A DNA stretch of 64,000 nucleotides from Chiloscyllium plagiosum (Eukaryota), in NCBI RefSeq assembly GCF_004010195.1, contig NC_057747.1, positions 9,445,879 to 9,509,878 on the forward strand, in the 5' to 3' direction. The notes under the pieces were generated by a model. That model had not been told where the DNA came from and ran no database searches. It saw only the letters and a list, made by a program, of their open reading frames with translations. The number at the start of each line of letters is the position of its first letter. Positions within the stretch are counted from its first letter, which is position 1. This document shows, in pieces, positions 25,236-38,100 of this stretch. Position numbers and translations under genes: made by a program.

Positions 25236-28007
25236 GTCTTTGTTTAGATGCACTTTTTTTTGGAGGGTTTTCACTAGCTTGGATGGCTGGTTTGCAATGC
25301 AGTGTAATAGCAACAACATGGGTTCAATTATGACACCAGCTGAGGTTACCATGCTTCCTGCCTTCTGAGCCTTGCTCCTCATCAGAGGCCTGATGACCCT
25401 CACCTGAAACTCACCATCAGTTCTCTCTCTCTCTCTCATGAGACAGTGGGACTGGGCCAACTTTAAATTTTCTGTGATAATTCATTTATCTCTGGTACAT
25501 GACTTAGGAGTGCGTGCCAATATCAAATGAATTCCTTAATCGCATTTGTTGGAAGTACAGCCTTCAATGCCAATTTATGCCCACGCGTCTGATGTAATGC
25601 TTTCACACCTCCATTGGCCAATGAATAATACACTAGGAACTTTGATCCGAGTTCCAACGTGTGATGCCGGAGCAAGCTGTTCTTGTGCTAACAGTGAGCA
25701 AAGAAAATGTCACTTGATTTGCATCACATCTTACTCGAAACTGGTAGCCAGATGTACAGACCAACCAGCAAAGTCTCCAAATAAAATCAAAATAAAAAAC
25801 AACCATTGTTTAATATTAACTAGCTGTACATTATACAACGAGCACCATCTAAAGTTGCATTTATTATTTTTCAGAAAGTCCAGAATTTTAGAAAGAATGC
25901 ATCAACTCACAGAACCATACATGAGTTTAAGAAACTGGGAGTATTACATTTCTAGCTCTGCCTTTTAATGCTCCCAAATGATGCCACTATAAAGCTTTAC
26001 TGGCCCATTGGTGACAGTAAGTCCCCCCTGTGAAACAACTACAAATCATCATCTCATAAAGTATTTTGTGCAACCTCTGTGCACAATGAGGTGACTCCAT
26101 AACCTGAGATGAAATGAGTTTCCCTATATATCAGCTTTCTATTACCATTTATTGCCAATAGTCACGTAGCTGGATGTTTTAGACTTCATTCGTTGATGTG
26201 TACTGACTTGAGGAGGCCAAGACAAGCTCACAAGGCTAAAGCCATTGGCGCACTCTTCTATAAATCTTTCTAAGTAAGAACCATTTTCATTTCACATTTT
26301 AGATGTTGAACAAATTTGGCCATAACCTTTTTCCCCCACCTCTGGTAATCTTTATGATCGCACCAAACCTTTGGCAGTTATTTTAACAACATAAAACTAT
26401 GTCTTTAGGAAAGGAATCCTCATTCCCCTTCAATCTTGACTCTAGCATAAACCACAAAAAGTAATCTACCACCAGGTTTAAAGGCAATACATCCCAGCGT
26501 AAATATTGACATTCTGTCACACATAAAGTAGTCTTTGAGGAATGAACAGTGAAGACCATTGCAGTGTGTAAGCCACGTGAATAGACACCAATGCTGCTCT
26601 GATGCTATGTAGTCGCTCACTATTAATAATGCTGATTCCTACTATGAGCCAAAATGTTTTAATCTAACATCCAAATACTCCCCAAAAAGACATCCATCCA
26701 AACGCCATCTTCCAAGGCATTACATTTTTGTAAAACAAAATTAAGAGTACAAAACAGGCCTTTTATTGTTTCATTGGTCTCAATGGTTTCTGTACATAGC
26801 AGTGGAACATAATTAAAGTTTAACATTAAAATGTCACGTTGCAATTAAAACAACATAAAGAGCCGCTATGCTACGTGACGTATTTTTCCACATATGCAAG
26901 CCAGGGAAATCTTGGGTAAAAATTAGTTCACCTTTTAACCAGTACTGTATATTCTGCCGCTTCTAGAGCAAGACCCGGTTCTTGAGAGATATTGATTATG
27001 CGAAATTGAAGGGAAAGGAACGAAGTGCATCTATTTATTGTGACAGCTTCTGCGAAAGGGAAGAAAAATATTTTATTAGCTTCATAATGACGGGTTTGCT
27101 CTGTTGGTTCAGTGCATGATAATATGAAATGAACAGCGGTTCATTGTTCCGGGAGAGAATGAAAGCCTGTATGGAGTCACTACAGGACGCTACACATCAC
27201 AGGCACACAGAAACTATCCACTGTTAGGCTTAAACTTTCTGCTTCTGTTGCTGTTTTATTGGTCATGTGATGGGGGTCGGAAAGTCAGCTTCTATACACA
27301 CACGCACACACAAGATTTCAGCCTCAAGACTCAGAACTGAGCTTCATTCCAAAGAATTTAAAACAATGTCGTATTTGTAACAGTAGCTGTAATTTAAGAA
27401 ACATGGTTACATCAGTGCTTTCTTATGAGGCGCCTATAGTCACATTTAATTATCAGGGTAACTCTTGGCAGTAAACTACAGGAGTGCTGTTCAGTTGAAA
27501 CTTAGGTTTCGTAAGGATTGCTACAGTTTCAATTCAGAGCCCCACTCACGCACGGAAGGTAGAAGATCATACTTATTTCGGTGCACCAATTACCAACGTG
27601 TAAATGGACCTTTTCATTCTCCCCTCTGGTCTTTCACTAACTCAAATCCAGGCTCTCCAGCAGCAACTTACCATCATACTGTTAGAGATGTCAAATGTGA
27701 CTTGTTGATTATCCCAGAAAGGCTCCACAGTGAAATATGAGTTAAGTCCAAGAGATTTGATTTTTTTTTTCACCTTAGATAATAACTCAGTGGGAAAATA
27801 ATTAGTAAAAAGAATCGGTAAGATTTAGAATTGAAGATTGTGCTAACAGGGGGGAGTTCCATTTTGAAATATACAGGACCAGGATGTGTCATATACAAGT
27901 TTACGGGTTTGGTAAAAGTTAGGAGTAGGCCATTCTGCCCCCTTGACCCCATTCCAGCATTCGTTATGATCATGGCTGATTATTGAGCTCAGTACCTTAA
28001 TTCTGCC

Positions 28008-28215
28008 TGTAGTGATTGGAACGGGGTCAACCAGCTGGCTCTCATGCAATATGAGTTCCCTGATTGGACCAAGTTAACAGTCCCACTCTGGGAGCCCTGG
28101 CTGACAGGAGTGTCAGAGGTTCTGCTCACTCTGAGAGCTGGCTCTGAGGGAGCCGGACCAGTGTCAAGTACTATGCATTTGTAGAGGTGACTTGGTGATG
28201 GGATACCATATTTCA
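28008..28215. mobile_element. 208-bp solo LTR inserted in a CR1 3' tail
   Basis: TG...CA termini, exact 5-bp TSD ctgcc (28003-28007, 28216-28220), internal ATTGG box. Confidence 0.7.
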
Positions 28216-28346
28216 CTGCCCTCTACCATATCACTTGATCCCTTTAGTTTCTGCCATTGCCTGTGGTGGAATGGATAAACATGATACTACAGCTCAGAAG
28301 ATTGTATGTTCAACTTCTACCTAGCTCAAATGCAATTCACAATTTT

Positions 28347-28630
28347 GGGTGACACAGTGGCTCAGTGGTTAGCACTGCTGCCTCACAGTGCCAGGGACCT
28401 CAGTTCGATTCCACCCTTGGGTGACTGTGTGGACCTTTGCACAATCTCTCCATGGGTTTCCTTTGGGTGCTCCGGTTTCCTCCCACAGTTCAAATATGCG
28501 CAGGTTAGGTGGATTGGCCATGGGAAATACAGGAATACGGATGGGTCTGTGTGGGATGCTCTTTAAAAGCTTGGTGGGGACTCAATGGGCCGAATGGCCT
28601 GCTTCCACACTGTAGGGATTCAATGATTCT
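28347..28630 (+). mobile_element. HE1-type SINE
   Basis: Typical head, body and tail. Confidence 0.85.
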
Positions 28631-29797
28631 GCAAAATGTCAAAATTAGTCACAAACCCAATCCTTTTGAGCATCAGGCTATTGGATAATGGAGAAGAACA
28701 GCTTTTCGGTATGTTTGCCATTTATTGGCCCTGTAGATTCCTACTCCGCTCTGATTTCCTATGCTCTCACACAGTGGTAGTTGTGAGGGATGGAAGGAAG
28801 TACTTTGTTGTAATGCTCCAGCCATTGTGAGTGTAGGGCAGACTTAGTAGTTGTGTAGCTCTTTTCCTGCCCACTAATTCTGTTCTATTCGCAATGCCAT
28901 TGCTTCTCAGGTTCACTGTGTTTACGGGGAGTACTGTCACTATAGCAAAATCACTCTCTCTGTCTTTTGTAGAAAGTTTGCAGAGAACTTTGGCTCAAAA
29001 CTAAACCTGATATTTATTAGTTATTATAATGTTTTTGAGTTCTGTGGAAATTCTTATAACACAGCTGCAATTAAGCTAAGCAAATTGGCTTCATCCTTCC
29101 CAGAAGACATTGCATGGAGAAAAAGCATAAGCAGGCCCCCTGCTGGTGAGGGACTTAATATAACAACAATTTCTTCCAATGCCAGGCACAACAGCCTATT
29201 GATAATTGAGAGATCACTTTGCTTATGTGATTCAAACTTTTTAAGGTGACAGTATTGTCAGTGATTGGTTTGATATAAATATAGCGCAGCCTGGAAGCTG
29301 TGAGCCAAAATGGTTTCCTCACCCTGTATGCATGAGAGTCTCAACACTCCTTCATCCAGAATCAAAAGGTTTGCCAAATACTTTGCTTCGTTGGTTTCCA
29401 ACCTTGTGTTGGCTCTTTATGATGATCCTGTGGTGTAGTGATAACTTCGCTACCTCTGGTCCATAAGCTCTGATTTAGGTCGCATTCAGGGCTGTCAGCC
29501 ATGGAAGGTGGACTTGTAACATGATAACCAGATTGATTATCAGCTTGTAAGCCCTTCTCATGTGCCTGATGTAAAGTGAGAAGGTTTTGTGCAGAAAGCA
29601 GTGGCTGCAATTGTATGCCAGGTAAACTCTTGTCCAATCAAATGGAAGTCCATGCTGGTCAATGCCCTTTAAGGGCATGGTCCCTGCAGAGAGAGAGCTG
29701 GATATTTTACACCAATATTTTCTTCACCAGTGAATTTTACGTTTTCAGCAAAGGAGTGGATCCTTTGCAAAAATCCAATATTTGCTTATCGTATTAG

Positions 29798-30143
29798 TCA
29801 TAGAATTCCTACAGTGTGGAAAGAGGCCACTTGGCCCATTGAGTTCAACCGGACCCTCTGAAGAACATCCCACCCAGACCCAGGCCCACACCCTATCCCG
29901 TAACTCCTTGTTTTACTATGGCCAGCCCACATAGCCTACATTTCCCTCAACACTATGGAATATTTAGCATGGCCAATCCACCTAACCTGCACATCTTTGG
30001 ACTGTGGGAGGAAACCAGAGCACCCAGAGGAAGCCCACACAGACACAGGGAGAACATGCAAATTCCACACAGACAGTTCCCAAGGAATCAAACCCAGGTC
30101 CCTGGTGCTATGAGACAGCAGTGCTACCCAATGAGCCACCATG
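29798..30143 (-). mobile_element. HE1-type SINE
   Basis: Typical head, body and tail on the minus strand. Confidence 0.87.
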
Positions 30144-31116
30144 CTAACATTATAAATGTTTCTCTATTGAAATGAATCTATAGAGATATTTATGGTGTAG
30201 TTCTATACTTGCAGCGTGTTCACCACAGGTGTTCAATTCCCCTTGTAATTCTGCCGACAAATGATTTAATACATTATCCCTTCAATCCTTAACCAATACA
30301 AATTCCAAGCCTTTGAAGTCTTCGCTAGGCTACCTATGAGCAAAACTGGATTCCTAACCAGTGTTGACAGAAGAGATGGGGAAGAGAGAACAATGAGGCT
30401 AGTGTCTGAAAGATGAAAGAGTTGGGGTAGAGGTTGGACAGGTATTTGGAGATGGTATCATAATCTTATCTGAATGTCCCATTGCGAATGTCTGGACCTT
30501 TGCTTAGCCTGAGTTATTGAAAGAGTTATTCGAAGAGAGGAGATATAAATGGGTGATTCTGGGTATTACCGTTTAACATGTGCTCGGATGATTGGCCACC
30601 ATGCTGATGACAAGATGCAACATGGCCACACCCACGGTATGACAAGGTAAAAACTGTCCTCTTTATACCTGAATGCCAGTTCCTCCTGCAGCACCCAATG
30701 TTGGCTGCCCAGTTGTGTCACTTGTGCTCCAGATGCTTTCCTGTCGGAATGGGTTGCTTCAAGCGTTTTTCCAGAATATCCACAGTGGAACAGCAATCAC
30801 ATTAAGCCGAAACTCCGCAGCAAAGTTCCACTTCCTTGAAGATCAATTTTAGAGAAGGTGGTATTTGAATTGTCCAGGCAACAATCCTTCTGGGTGCACA
30901 AAGGAACTTCTACCACATGCAGCTCAAACCTATAACTTGTGTAGTTGTATCTGCGGTGATTGTTTCACAGAATCAAAAAAATGGTTATAGAGCAGAAAGA
31001 GGCCATTCGGCCCAATGTGCCTGCATTGGTCCTATTATCTAACGTCAATCTTGTGCCTTTTCCCCATGTCCCTGCACATCATTTCTATCCAAATAAGCCT
31101 TTTTGAATGCCTCAAT

Positions 31117-31465
31117 GGGCAGTACGGTGGCTTAGTAGTTAGCACTGCTGTCGCACAGTGCTAGGGACATGGGTTCAATTCCAGCCTTGGGTGACTGTAT
31201 GGAGATTACACGTTCTCCACATGTCTGCATGGGTTTCCTCCGGGTGCTCCAGTTTCCTCCCAAAGATGTGCAGGTTTGGTGGATTGGTCATGCAAAATTG
31301 CCCCCAGGGTTCAGGAATGTGTAGGGTAAGGTTGCTTAGCCATGGAAAATGCAGAGTTACAGGGATTAGGTAGGGGGATGTGTCCGGGTGGGATGTTCTT
31401 CAGAGGGTCTGTGTTTACTGAATGGGCCGAATGGCCTGCTTCCACACTATGGAGATTCCATGACT
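31117..31465 (+). mobile_element. HE1-type SINE
   Basis: Typical head, body and tail, nested in CR1. Confidence 0.87.
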
Positions 31466-31529
31466 TAAGCAATTGAATCGGCCTCAGCCAACTTTCCAGC
31501 CAGTGCATTCCAGACCCTAATTACTTGCT

Positions 31530-31820
31530 AGGAGAAAGTGAGGACAGCAGACGCTGGCGATTGGAGTGGAGCAGCGGGGGGGGGGGGGGGGGGGTGGGAG
31601 GAAGGTAGCTGGGAAGGTGATTGGTGGATGCAGGTGGGGGATGATGGTGATAGATTGGAGAGGAGAGTGGAGTGGATAGGTGGGAAGGGAGATAGACAGG
31701 TCAGACAGTTCACGAGGACGGTGTGAGTTGGAGGGTTGGATCTGGGATGAGGTGGGGGAAGGGGATATGAGGATGCTGATGCTGCCTGACCTGCTGTGCT
31801 TTTCCAGCTCCACACTCTTT
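31530..31820. mobile_element. Rearranged Penelope terminal-repeat insertion with G-rich tract
   Basis: 17-bp TSD gaccctaattacttgct (31513-31529, 31821-31837). Confidence 0.8.
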
Positions 31821-32331
31821 GACCCTAATTACTTGCTGCGTGAAAAAGGTTTTTCTCACATCACCCTTGCTTCTTTTGCACATCACTTTGAATCTATGTC
31901 CTCTGGTTCTTGTTCCCTTTAAAAGTGGGAACAGCGTCACCCTATCAACTCTATCCAGCCCACGCATGGTTTTGAAAACCTCTATCAAATTAACCTTCTT
32001 CTCTCTCAGGAGAACTGTACCCAACTTCTTCAATCTATCCTCATCACGGAAGTTTCTCATTCCTGGAACCATTCTCGTAAATCATATTCCTGTGAGACCT
32101 GTGCCTTTCCTCACTCTCGCTCATGGTCCAGAGGACTCATTCCAAATGTTTTTGTTTTTCTGACAGCTCATTTGGAAGGTAAAACGTCCCCACAAACCCC
32201 TCCGTGTTAGAAACACAAACAACGCTGGTCAGGATCTCAAAGGAATCACTTCCGAAGAAGACTCATTCTGGCCTTGAAGCATTGACTCTGTTTCTCTCTC
32301 CATAGATGCTGCCAGACATACGTATGACTGA

Positions 32332-33239
32332 GGTTTGGATCAGAGTGCTGCTGGAAAAGTACAGCAGGTCAGGAGCAGGAAAATTGATGTTTCAGGCAAA
32401 AGCCCTTAATCAGGAATAGAGGCAAGAAGCCTCCAGGGTGGACAGATAAATGGGGGGCTAGGGGGAGTGCTGGGGAGAAGGTAGCAAAGAGTACAATAGG
32501 TGAATGAGGGTGGGTATGGAGGTGATAGGTCAGAGAGGAGGGTGGGGGAAGGTAGCAAAGGGCACAGAAGGTGATTGGAGGTGGGGATGGAGGTNNNNNN
32601 NNNNNNNNNNNNNNNNNNNNNNNNNNNNNNNNNNNNNNNNNNNNNNNNNNNNNNNNNNNNNNNNNNNNNNNNNNNNNNNNNNNNNNNNNNNNNNNNNNNN
32701 NNNNNNNNNNNNNNNNNNNNNNNNNNNNNNNNNNNNNNNNNNNNNNNNNNNNNNNNNNNNNNNNNNNNNNNNNNNNNNNNNNNNNNNNNNNNNNNNNNNN
32801 NNNNNNNNNNNNNNNNNNNNNNNNNNNNNNNNNNNNNNNNNNNNNNNNNNNNNNNNNNNNNNNNNNNNNNNNNNNNNNNNNNNNNNNNNNNNNNNNNNNN
32901 NNNNNNNNNNNNNNNNNNNNNNNNNNNNNNNNNNNNNNNNNNNNNNNNNNNNNNNNNNNNNNNNNNNNNNNNNNNNNTTGCTACCTTCCCCACCCTCCCC
33001 TCTGACCTATCACCTCCATCCCCACCTCCAATCACCTACTGTACTCTTTGCTACCTTCTCCCCAGCCCTCCCCCATTTATCTCTCCACTCTGGAGGCTTC
33101 CTACCTCTATTCCTGATGAAGGGATTTTGCCCAAAACGGCGGTTTTCCTGCTCATAGAATGCTGCCTGACCTGCTGTGCTTTTCCAGCACCACACTGATC
33201 TAAACTCTGGTTGCCATCATCTGCAGCCCTCACTTTCTC
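32332..33239. mobile_element. Long fold-back Penelope terminal-repeat element spanning an assembly gap
   Basis: Arms are reverse complements; degenerate 15-bp TSD catacgtatgactga / cattcatatgactga; hammerhead-like ctgatgaagggattttgcccaaaa near 33113. Confidence 0.75.
32595..32977. other. Assembly gap (383 N)
   Basis: Run of N. Confidence 0.99.
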
Positions 33240-33254
33240 CATTCATATGACTGA

Positions 33255-33685
33255 CAGATGAGGAAAGGCTGGATCGACTTATACTCGCTGGAATTTAGAA
33301 GAATGAGAGGGCATCTCATAGATATAAAATCCTGATAGGACTGGACAGGCTAGATGCGGGAAGAATGTTCTCAATGTTGGGGAAGTCCAGACCTAGGGGT
33401 CACTGACGAAGAATAAGGGGTAAGTCATTCAAGGCTGAGATGAGGAAGAATTTCTTCCCTCAGGGAGTTGTGAACCAGTGGAATTCTCTCCCACAGGAAG
33501 CTGTTGGGGCCAGTTCATTAGATACATTCAAGAGGGAGCTGAATATGGCCCTTGTGGTTAAAGGGATCAAGCGGTATGGAGAGAAAGCAGCAATGGGACA
33601 GTGAAATCGCGTAATCAGCCATGATCTTATTGAATGGTGGTGTAGACTCGAAAGGCCGAATGGCCTGCTCCTGCTCCTATTTCTA
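33255..33685 (+). mobile_element. CR1 LINE 3' fragment
   Basis: ctggaatttagaagaatgagagggcatctcata..gagatgaggaagaatttcttccctcagggagttgtgaac..ctcctgctcctattt tail. Confidence 0.8.
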
Positions 33686-33837
33686 TGTGACAGTCAATGA
33701 AAGCTTAACAGTGACTGTAGTAGGGTCAGCTTTCAATTCCAGATTTTATTAATCGAAACCTAATTCCATTCACTGCCGTTGTTGGATTTGAACTGGTGTC
33801 ACCAGAGCGTTCGCCTGGGGTACTGGATTACTAAAGC

Positions 33838-33964
33838 TGAAAATGTGTTGCTGGAAAAGCGCAGCAGGTCAGGCAGCATCCAAGGAACAGGAGAATCGAC
33901 GTTTCGGGCATAAGCCCTTCTAAACGCCAGCTCGCGGACACCTCCTCCTACTTTTATTTTAACC
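33838..33964 (-). mobile_element. Young Penelope mini-element arm fused to an unrelated 45-bp segment
   Basis: 17-bp TSD tactggattactaaagc (33821-33837, 33965-33981). Confidence 0.8.
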
Positions 33965-35519
33965 TACTGGATTACTAAAGCAGTATTACCACTATCTCCC
34001 ATTCCACCAAAACTATTGAACAAATTGTCAAGCCAAACTATGTCTCGATGCTTGCATTTCCATTTCACCAACCAAGCTTATTAATTCCTAAGAATTAAAG
34101 CATTTAACACCTTGAAAATTATGATATCACCATCTTGGGTTATACCTAAAACTGGTAGGCAGCTCCCTGACCTCAGACAGCAGTCGATTCTAACGGTGAG
34201 TGGTAATGGGGCAAAGAAACAGCTCGGCTGGGTTCTTGGTGTGGATGTTAATCCCAGTTTTACTTGGCACAAGGAACAACATTGTTCGATAGATTAGCAA
34301 ACCTCCCACTGGTGAGCGGTTCATTTCCCAGGTCTGTACACGAGTATCCGTAAGAAAAAGCTGCACATATCCGACAAACAATGCAGACTCCACTGATGCT
34401 GCTGAGATGTTTTATTTTTTTTAAAACAGAACTCCCTGTTGTAAAACGCCAAAAATAAAAAAAAGACGTTAAAAAATAATAAACCTTTCTGTTTTTCAGG
34501 GGATTTTTTTTTATTTTTATTTTTACACAGGGGACCATTTTGCTGGTCTGATCAGTTTTCTCGACAGGAGGCTTTTGCTGGTTTGGTTTCTTTTCCTCTT
34601 TTACAAGAGAGGTGGGTGTTTTGCAGGAAAACTTAAAAAAAAAACGTTGAACAAGAGACCTCTTTATTTTTCCACGGCTATTTATTTTTTTCTCCGGGAG
34701 AAAAAGGACAGAAACTAAAAAGGAAGTGTAAGATAAAGTCAAGTTCAGTAGCTCATAAGAACAAACTTGCTCACAGGCAGAGAGGTCTAATTTTCACAGT
34801 AAAGGCACATTGTCTGATATCCAACCAGGCAGATAGGAAGCCTGACTCTCTCCTGCACTTTTGGTTCCGATTCCTGTGAATTGTAATGTAGGGATATGAA
34901 TATTCTGATTAATCCAGGGTTCAGATCTAAACATGGGAAGCTGTCCAAGATAATGTGCCTGACATGGTGGGGGGGGAGGGGAAATTGTCCCTGGACCACC
35001 TGCAGATATCAGACACGTTTACGAGAGGTTGCAAGAGAATTTGGATGCAAACCCAATACATCACCAGGGAGAAGACTTGCTCTGGTTCCCTTCTCTCTGC
35101 AGAGGTCATTGAAGACTTCCTGGAGTAGAATTTCAGAAGGTATTTTCCCGATCCCCCACTGTAACTTTTGGCAGAAATACCCAGAGATTGGTGTCGAGAA
35201 TAGCTGCTAGTGTTTCTTTTACAAACGGAAATTGGCTGATCGCCCTCAACAAGATATCAAGAGGATAGTCAAGGAGACCCCTGCATCACAAGGTAATGCT
35301 CCTGGCCAAATTGGACCAAGATCCCAGAATGACCAGTTACTGTCTCACAAGGAACTACAATCAGAGACCACATTCATGCTTGCCCTTAAGATTCCTCCAA
35401 CATATTTGCTAGTGGAAAATTCCTCTTTAGGAATAAATGCATGCACAGAACCACCGTTCTCTGTATAGTATATGAATGGATTTTGCCTTTCAGAAGCAGT
35501 TGTAACTTAGAAACACTGA

Positions 35520-35870
35520 TGTCATACAGTCATACAGCATGGCAACAGACCCTTCCTGATGAAGGGTTCCTGCCCGAAATGCCGATTTCCCTGTTCCTCG
35601 GATGCCCACCTGACCTGCTGTGCTTGTCCAACACCACTCTAATCTTGACTCTAATCTCCAACATTTGCAGTCCTCACTTTCGCCTAACAGACCCTCAGTC
35701 CAACCAGTCCGTGATGACCATAATCCCAATATAAAATACTCCTACCTGCCTACTCCCAGCCCATATCCCTCCAAACCTTTCCTATTCATGTAAAAGTGTT
35801 TTACCAACATTTCTTCAGGGAGTTCATTCACACACGAACCATCCTCTGCGTAAAAGATTCGCCCCTCATG
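35520..35870 (-). mobile_element. HER1 LINE 3' fragment interrupted by a mini-element
   Basis: gtcatacagtcatacag tail; ccatatccctccaaacctttcctattcat. Confidence 0.7.
35554..35685 (+). mobile_element. Penelope-derived mini-element starting at the hammerhead core
   Basis: 10-bp TSD aacagaccct (35544-35553, 35686-35695); ctgatgaagggttcctgcccgaaa at 35556. Confidence 0.82.
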
Positions 35871-35949
35871 TCTTGTCCGTTAAAGTAAGGACATTTATAA
35901 ATTAATTTCAACTGGAACACACTATTTGATCTCCTCCTGAGGTCCCAAC

Positions 35950-36975
35950 CATTACAGAAATCAGTCTTCAACTAATTTGATTCACTCCTGGTCACACCAA
36001 GAAACAGCATGAAGCATTTGGATACATTAAAGGTGATGGGCCCCGACATCATCTGGGCCATAGCACTGAAGACTTGTGCTCCAGAGTACACTGTGCCTCT
36101 GGCTGAACTGTCCCGTACAACACTGGCATTTACCCAGTAATGTGGAAAATCGCTGAGGTATGTCTTGTCTGAAAAAAGGCAGAACAAATCCAGTTGAACA
36201 GTTAGGGCCCGATCAGCTAGTTCCCAATCACCAACAGGTGATGGGAGTGATAGTTGATCACGCAGCATTCACTCAGCAATAACTTGATAATGGATACTGA
36301 AGGGTACTGGCTTCAAACCTCATTACAGCCTCAGTCCAAATATGGATCATGGAGTTAAATTCCATAAGAAAGATGAAAGTAATTATCCTTGACATCAAGG
36401 TAGCACTTAACTAAGTGTGGCATCAAGGAGATCTGGCAAAAATAGAGTCAAGGGGAAACAAGGGCTCATCAGTTGGTGTCATATCTAATGCAAAGGAAGA
36501 CAGTTGTGATTTTGGAGAGTAATCATCATATCCTAGCATATCACTGCAGAAGATCCTCAGGGTAAATATTTTATAATCAACCTGTCCAGAGATGTTATCA
36601 CACACCTCTAGAGCAAGGTGGGATTATACCAGGCCTCCTGACTCAGATGTAAGGACATTACCACTGTGCCACAACAGCCCATAGTTCCTCAGGGTAGTGT
36701 CCTCAGCCAAACCATCTTCAGCTTCTTTATCAATAACTTTCCCTCAATGGTGAGAGTTAAAGTAGGAATATTTAATGGGGGATTGCACATTATTCAGCAC
36801 TGCTTCTAACTCCTTAGATACTGAAGCATCTCACATGTATATGCAACAAAAGTCTGGACAACAGAGAGTACAGAAAGTAACATTCATTCTACCCAAGTGC
36901 TAGGCAATCATATCTCCAACAAGACAGAATCTAAACATTTCCTTTGACATTCAACTGCATTAGTCTCCCTGTATT
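35950..36975 (+). mobile_element. Decayed LINE RT region (CR1/L2 group)
   Basis: Reads through frameshifts as KVMGPDI..ALKTCAPE..YNTGIYPVMWKIAEVCLV.KKAEQ; later cctcagggtagtgtcctcagcc (PQGSVLS). Confidence 0.65.
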
Positions 36976-37681
36976 CCCACCAGCAGACCATATAAATGTG
37001 TAGAAACACAGAAAATAGAAAAGTAGGAGCGGGAGAAGGCCATTCAGCCCTTTGAGCATGTTCCACCATTTAATATGGCCATGGCTTATCATCCAAATCA
37101 GTGCCCCATACCTCATTTCTTCCCATACCCTTTGATCCTTTTAGTCTGAAGAACTGTATCTAGCTCCTTCTTGAAAATATTCAATATCTTGGCCTCAAAC
37201 TCTTTCTCTGGCAGAGAATTCCTCAGGGTCCCTAAGCTCCATTGTAAATGACCTACCCTGTATACTCAGACTGTGACCCCTGGGTTCTGGGCCCTACAGT
37301 CACTGGGAACATCCTTTCTGTACCTAACCTGACTAGTCCTGTTAGCGTTCCTATGAGATCCTCTTCATTCCTCTAAACTCCAGTGCATGTAATCCCAGCC
37401 AATCAAAACTCTCTTCATATGTCAGTCCTGTCATCCCAGGAATCTGTCTGATCAACTTCTCTTGCTCTCTCCAGAACATCCTTCCTCAGATGAGAGGGTG
37501 AAAACTGCACACAATAATCCAAGAGTGGTCTCACCGAGGCCCTGTACAATTGCAGCAAGACATTCTGGCTCCTGTATCCTCTTGCTTTTTAAACCATTTA
37601 CCATTTGCTATTTTCCCCACTTGCCTTCCCTGAATGCTTACCCAATCAATTGCTGTTCGGATATGACCTGCCACCCTGATG

Positions 37682-38100
37682 GGGTGACACAGTGGCTCAG
37701 TGGTTAACACTGCAGCCTCACAGCACCAGGGACCCAGGTTCAATTCCAGCCTTGGCGACTGTGTGGGTTCTCCCTGTGTCTGTGTGTGCTTCCTCCCACA
37801 ATTTGAAGATGTGCAGATTAGGTGGATTGGCCATGCTAAATTCCTGATGAAGGGCTTTTGCCCAAAAAGTTGACTTTCCTGCTCCTCAGATGCTGCCTGA
37901 CCTGCTGTGCTTTTCCAGCACCATTCTAATCTTGACCATGCTAAATTTCCCATATTGTTCAGGGATGTGTAGGCTAGGTGCATTAGTCAGCGGTAAATGT
38001 AGAGTAAAGGGGAATGGGTTTGGGTGGGATACTCTTTGGAGGGTCAGTGTGGATTCGTTGGGCCAAAGGGCCAGTTTTCACACTGTAGTGATTCTATGAT
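37682..38100 (+). mobile_element. HE1-type SINE carrying a mini-element
   Basis: Typical SINE split at ccatgctaaatt. Confidence 0.85.
37843..37935 (+). mobile_element. Penelope-derived mini-element starting at the hammerhead core
   Basis: 12-bp TSD ccatgctaaatt (37831-37842, 37936-37947); ctgatgaagggcttttgccc at 37844. Confidence 0.85.

Larger units (their letters stand above)
30965..32082 (-). mobile_element. CR1 LINE 3' fragment split by a SINE and a Penelope insertion
   Basis: Minus ORF 31710-32072 MVPGMRNFRDEDRLKKLG..LIEVFKTMRGLDRVD..TRGHRFKV. Confidence 0.8.

Noticed and set aside
32406-33198. Long ORFs of 144-217 aa
   Set aside because: They are open only because they run through the N gap.
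34260-34742. 160-aa Lys/Phe-rich ORF
   Set aside because: Produced by A/T homopolymer-rich, probably LTR-derived or low-quality sequence; no recognisable domain.
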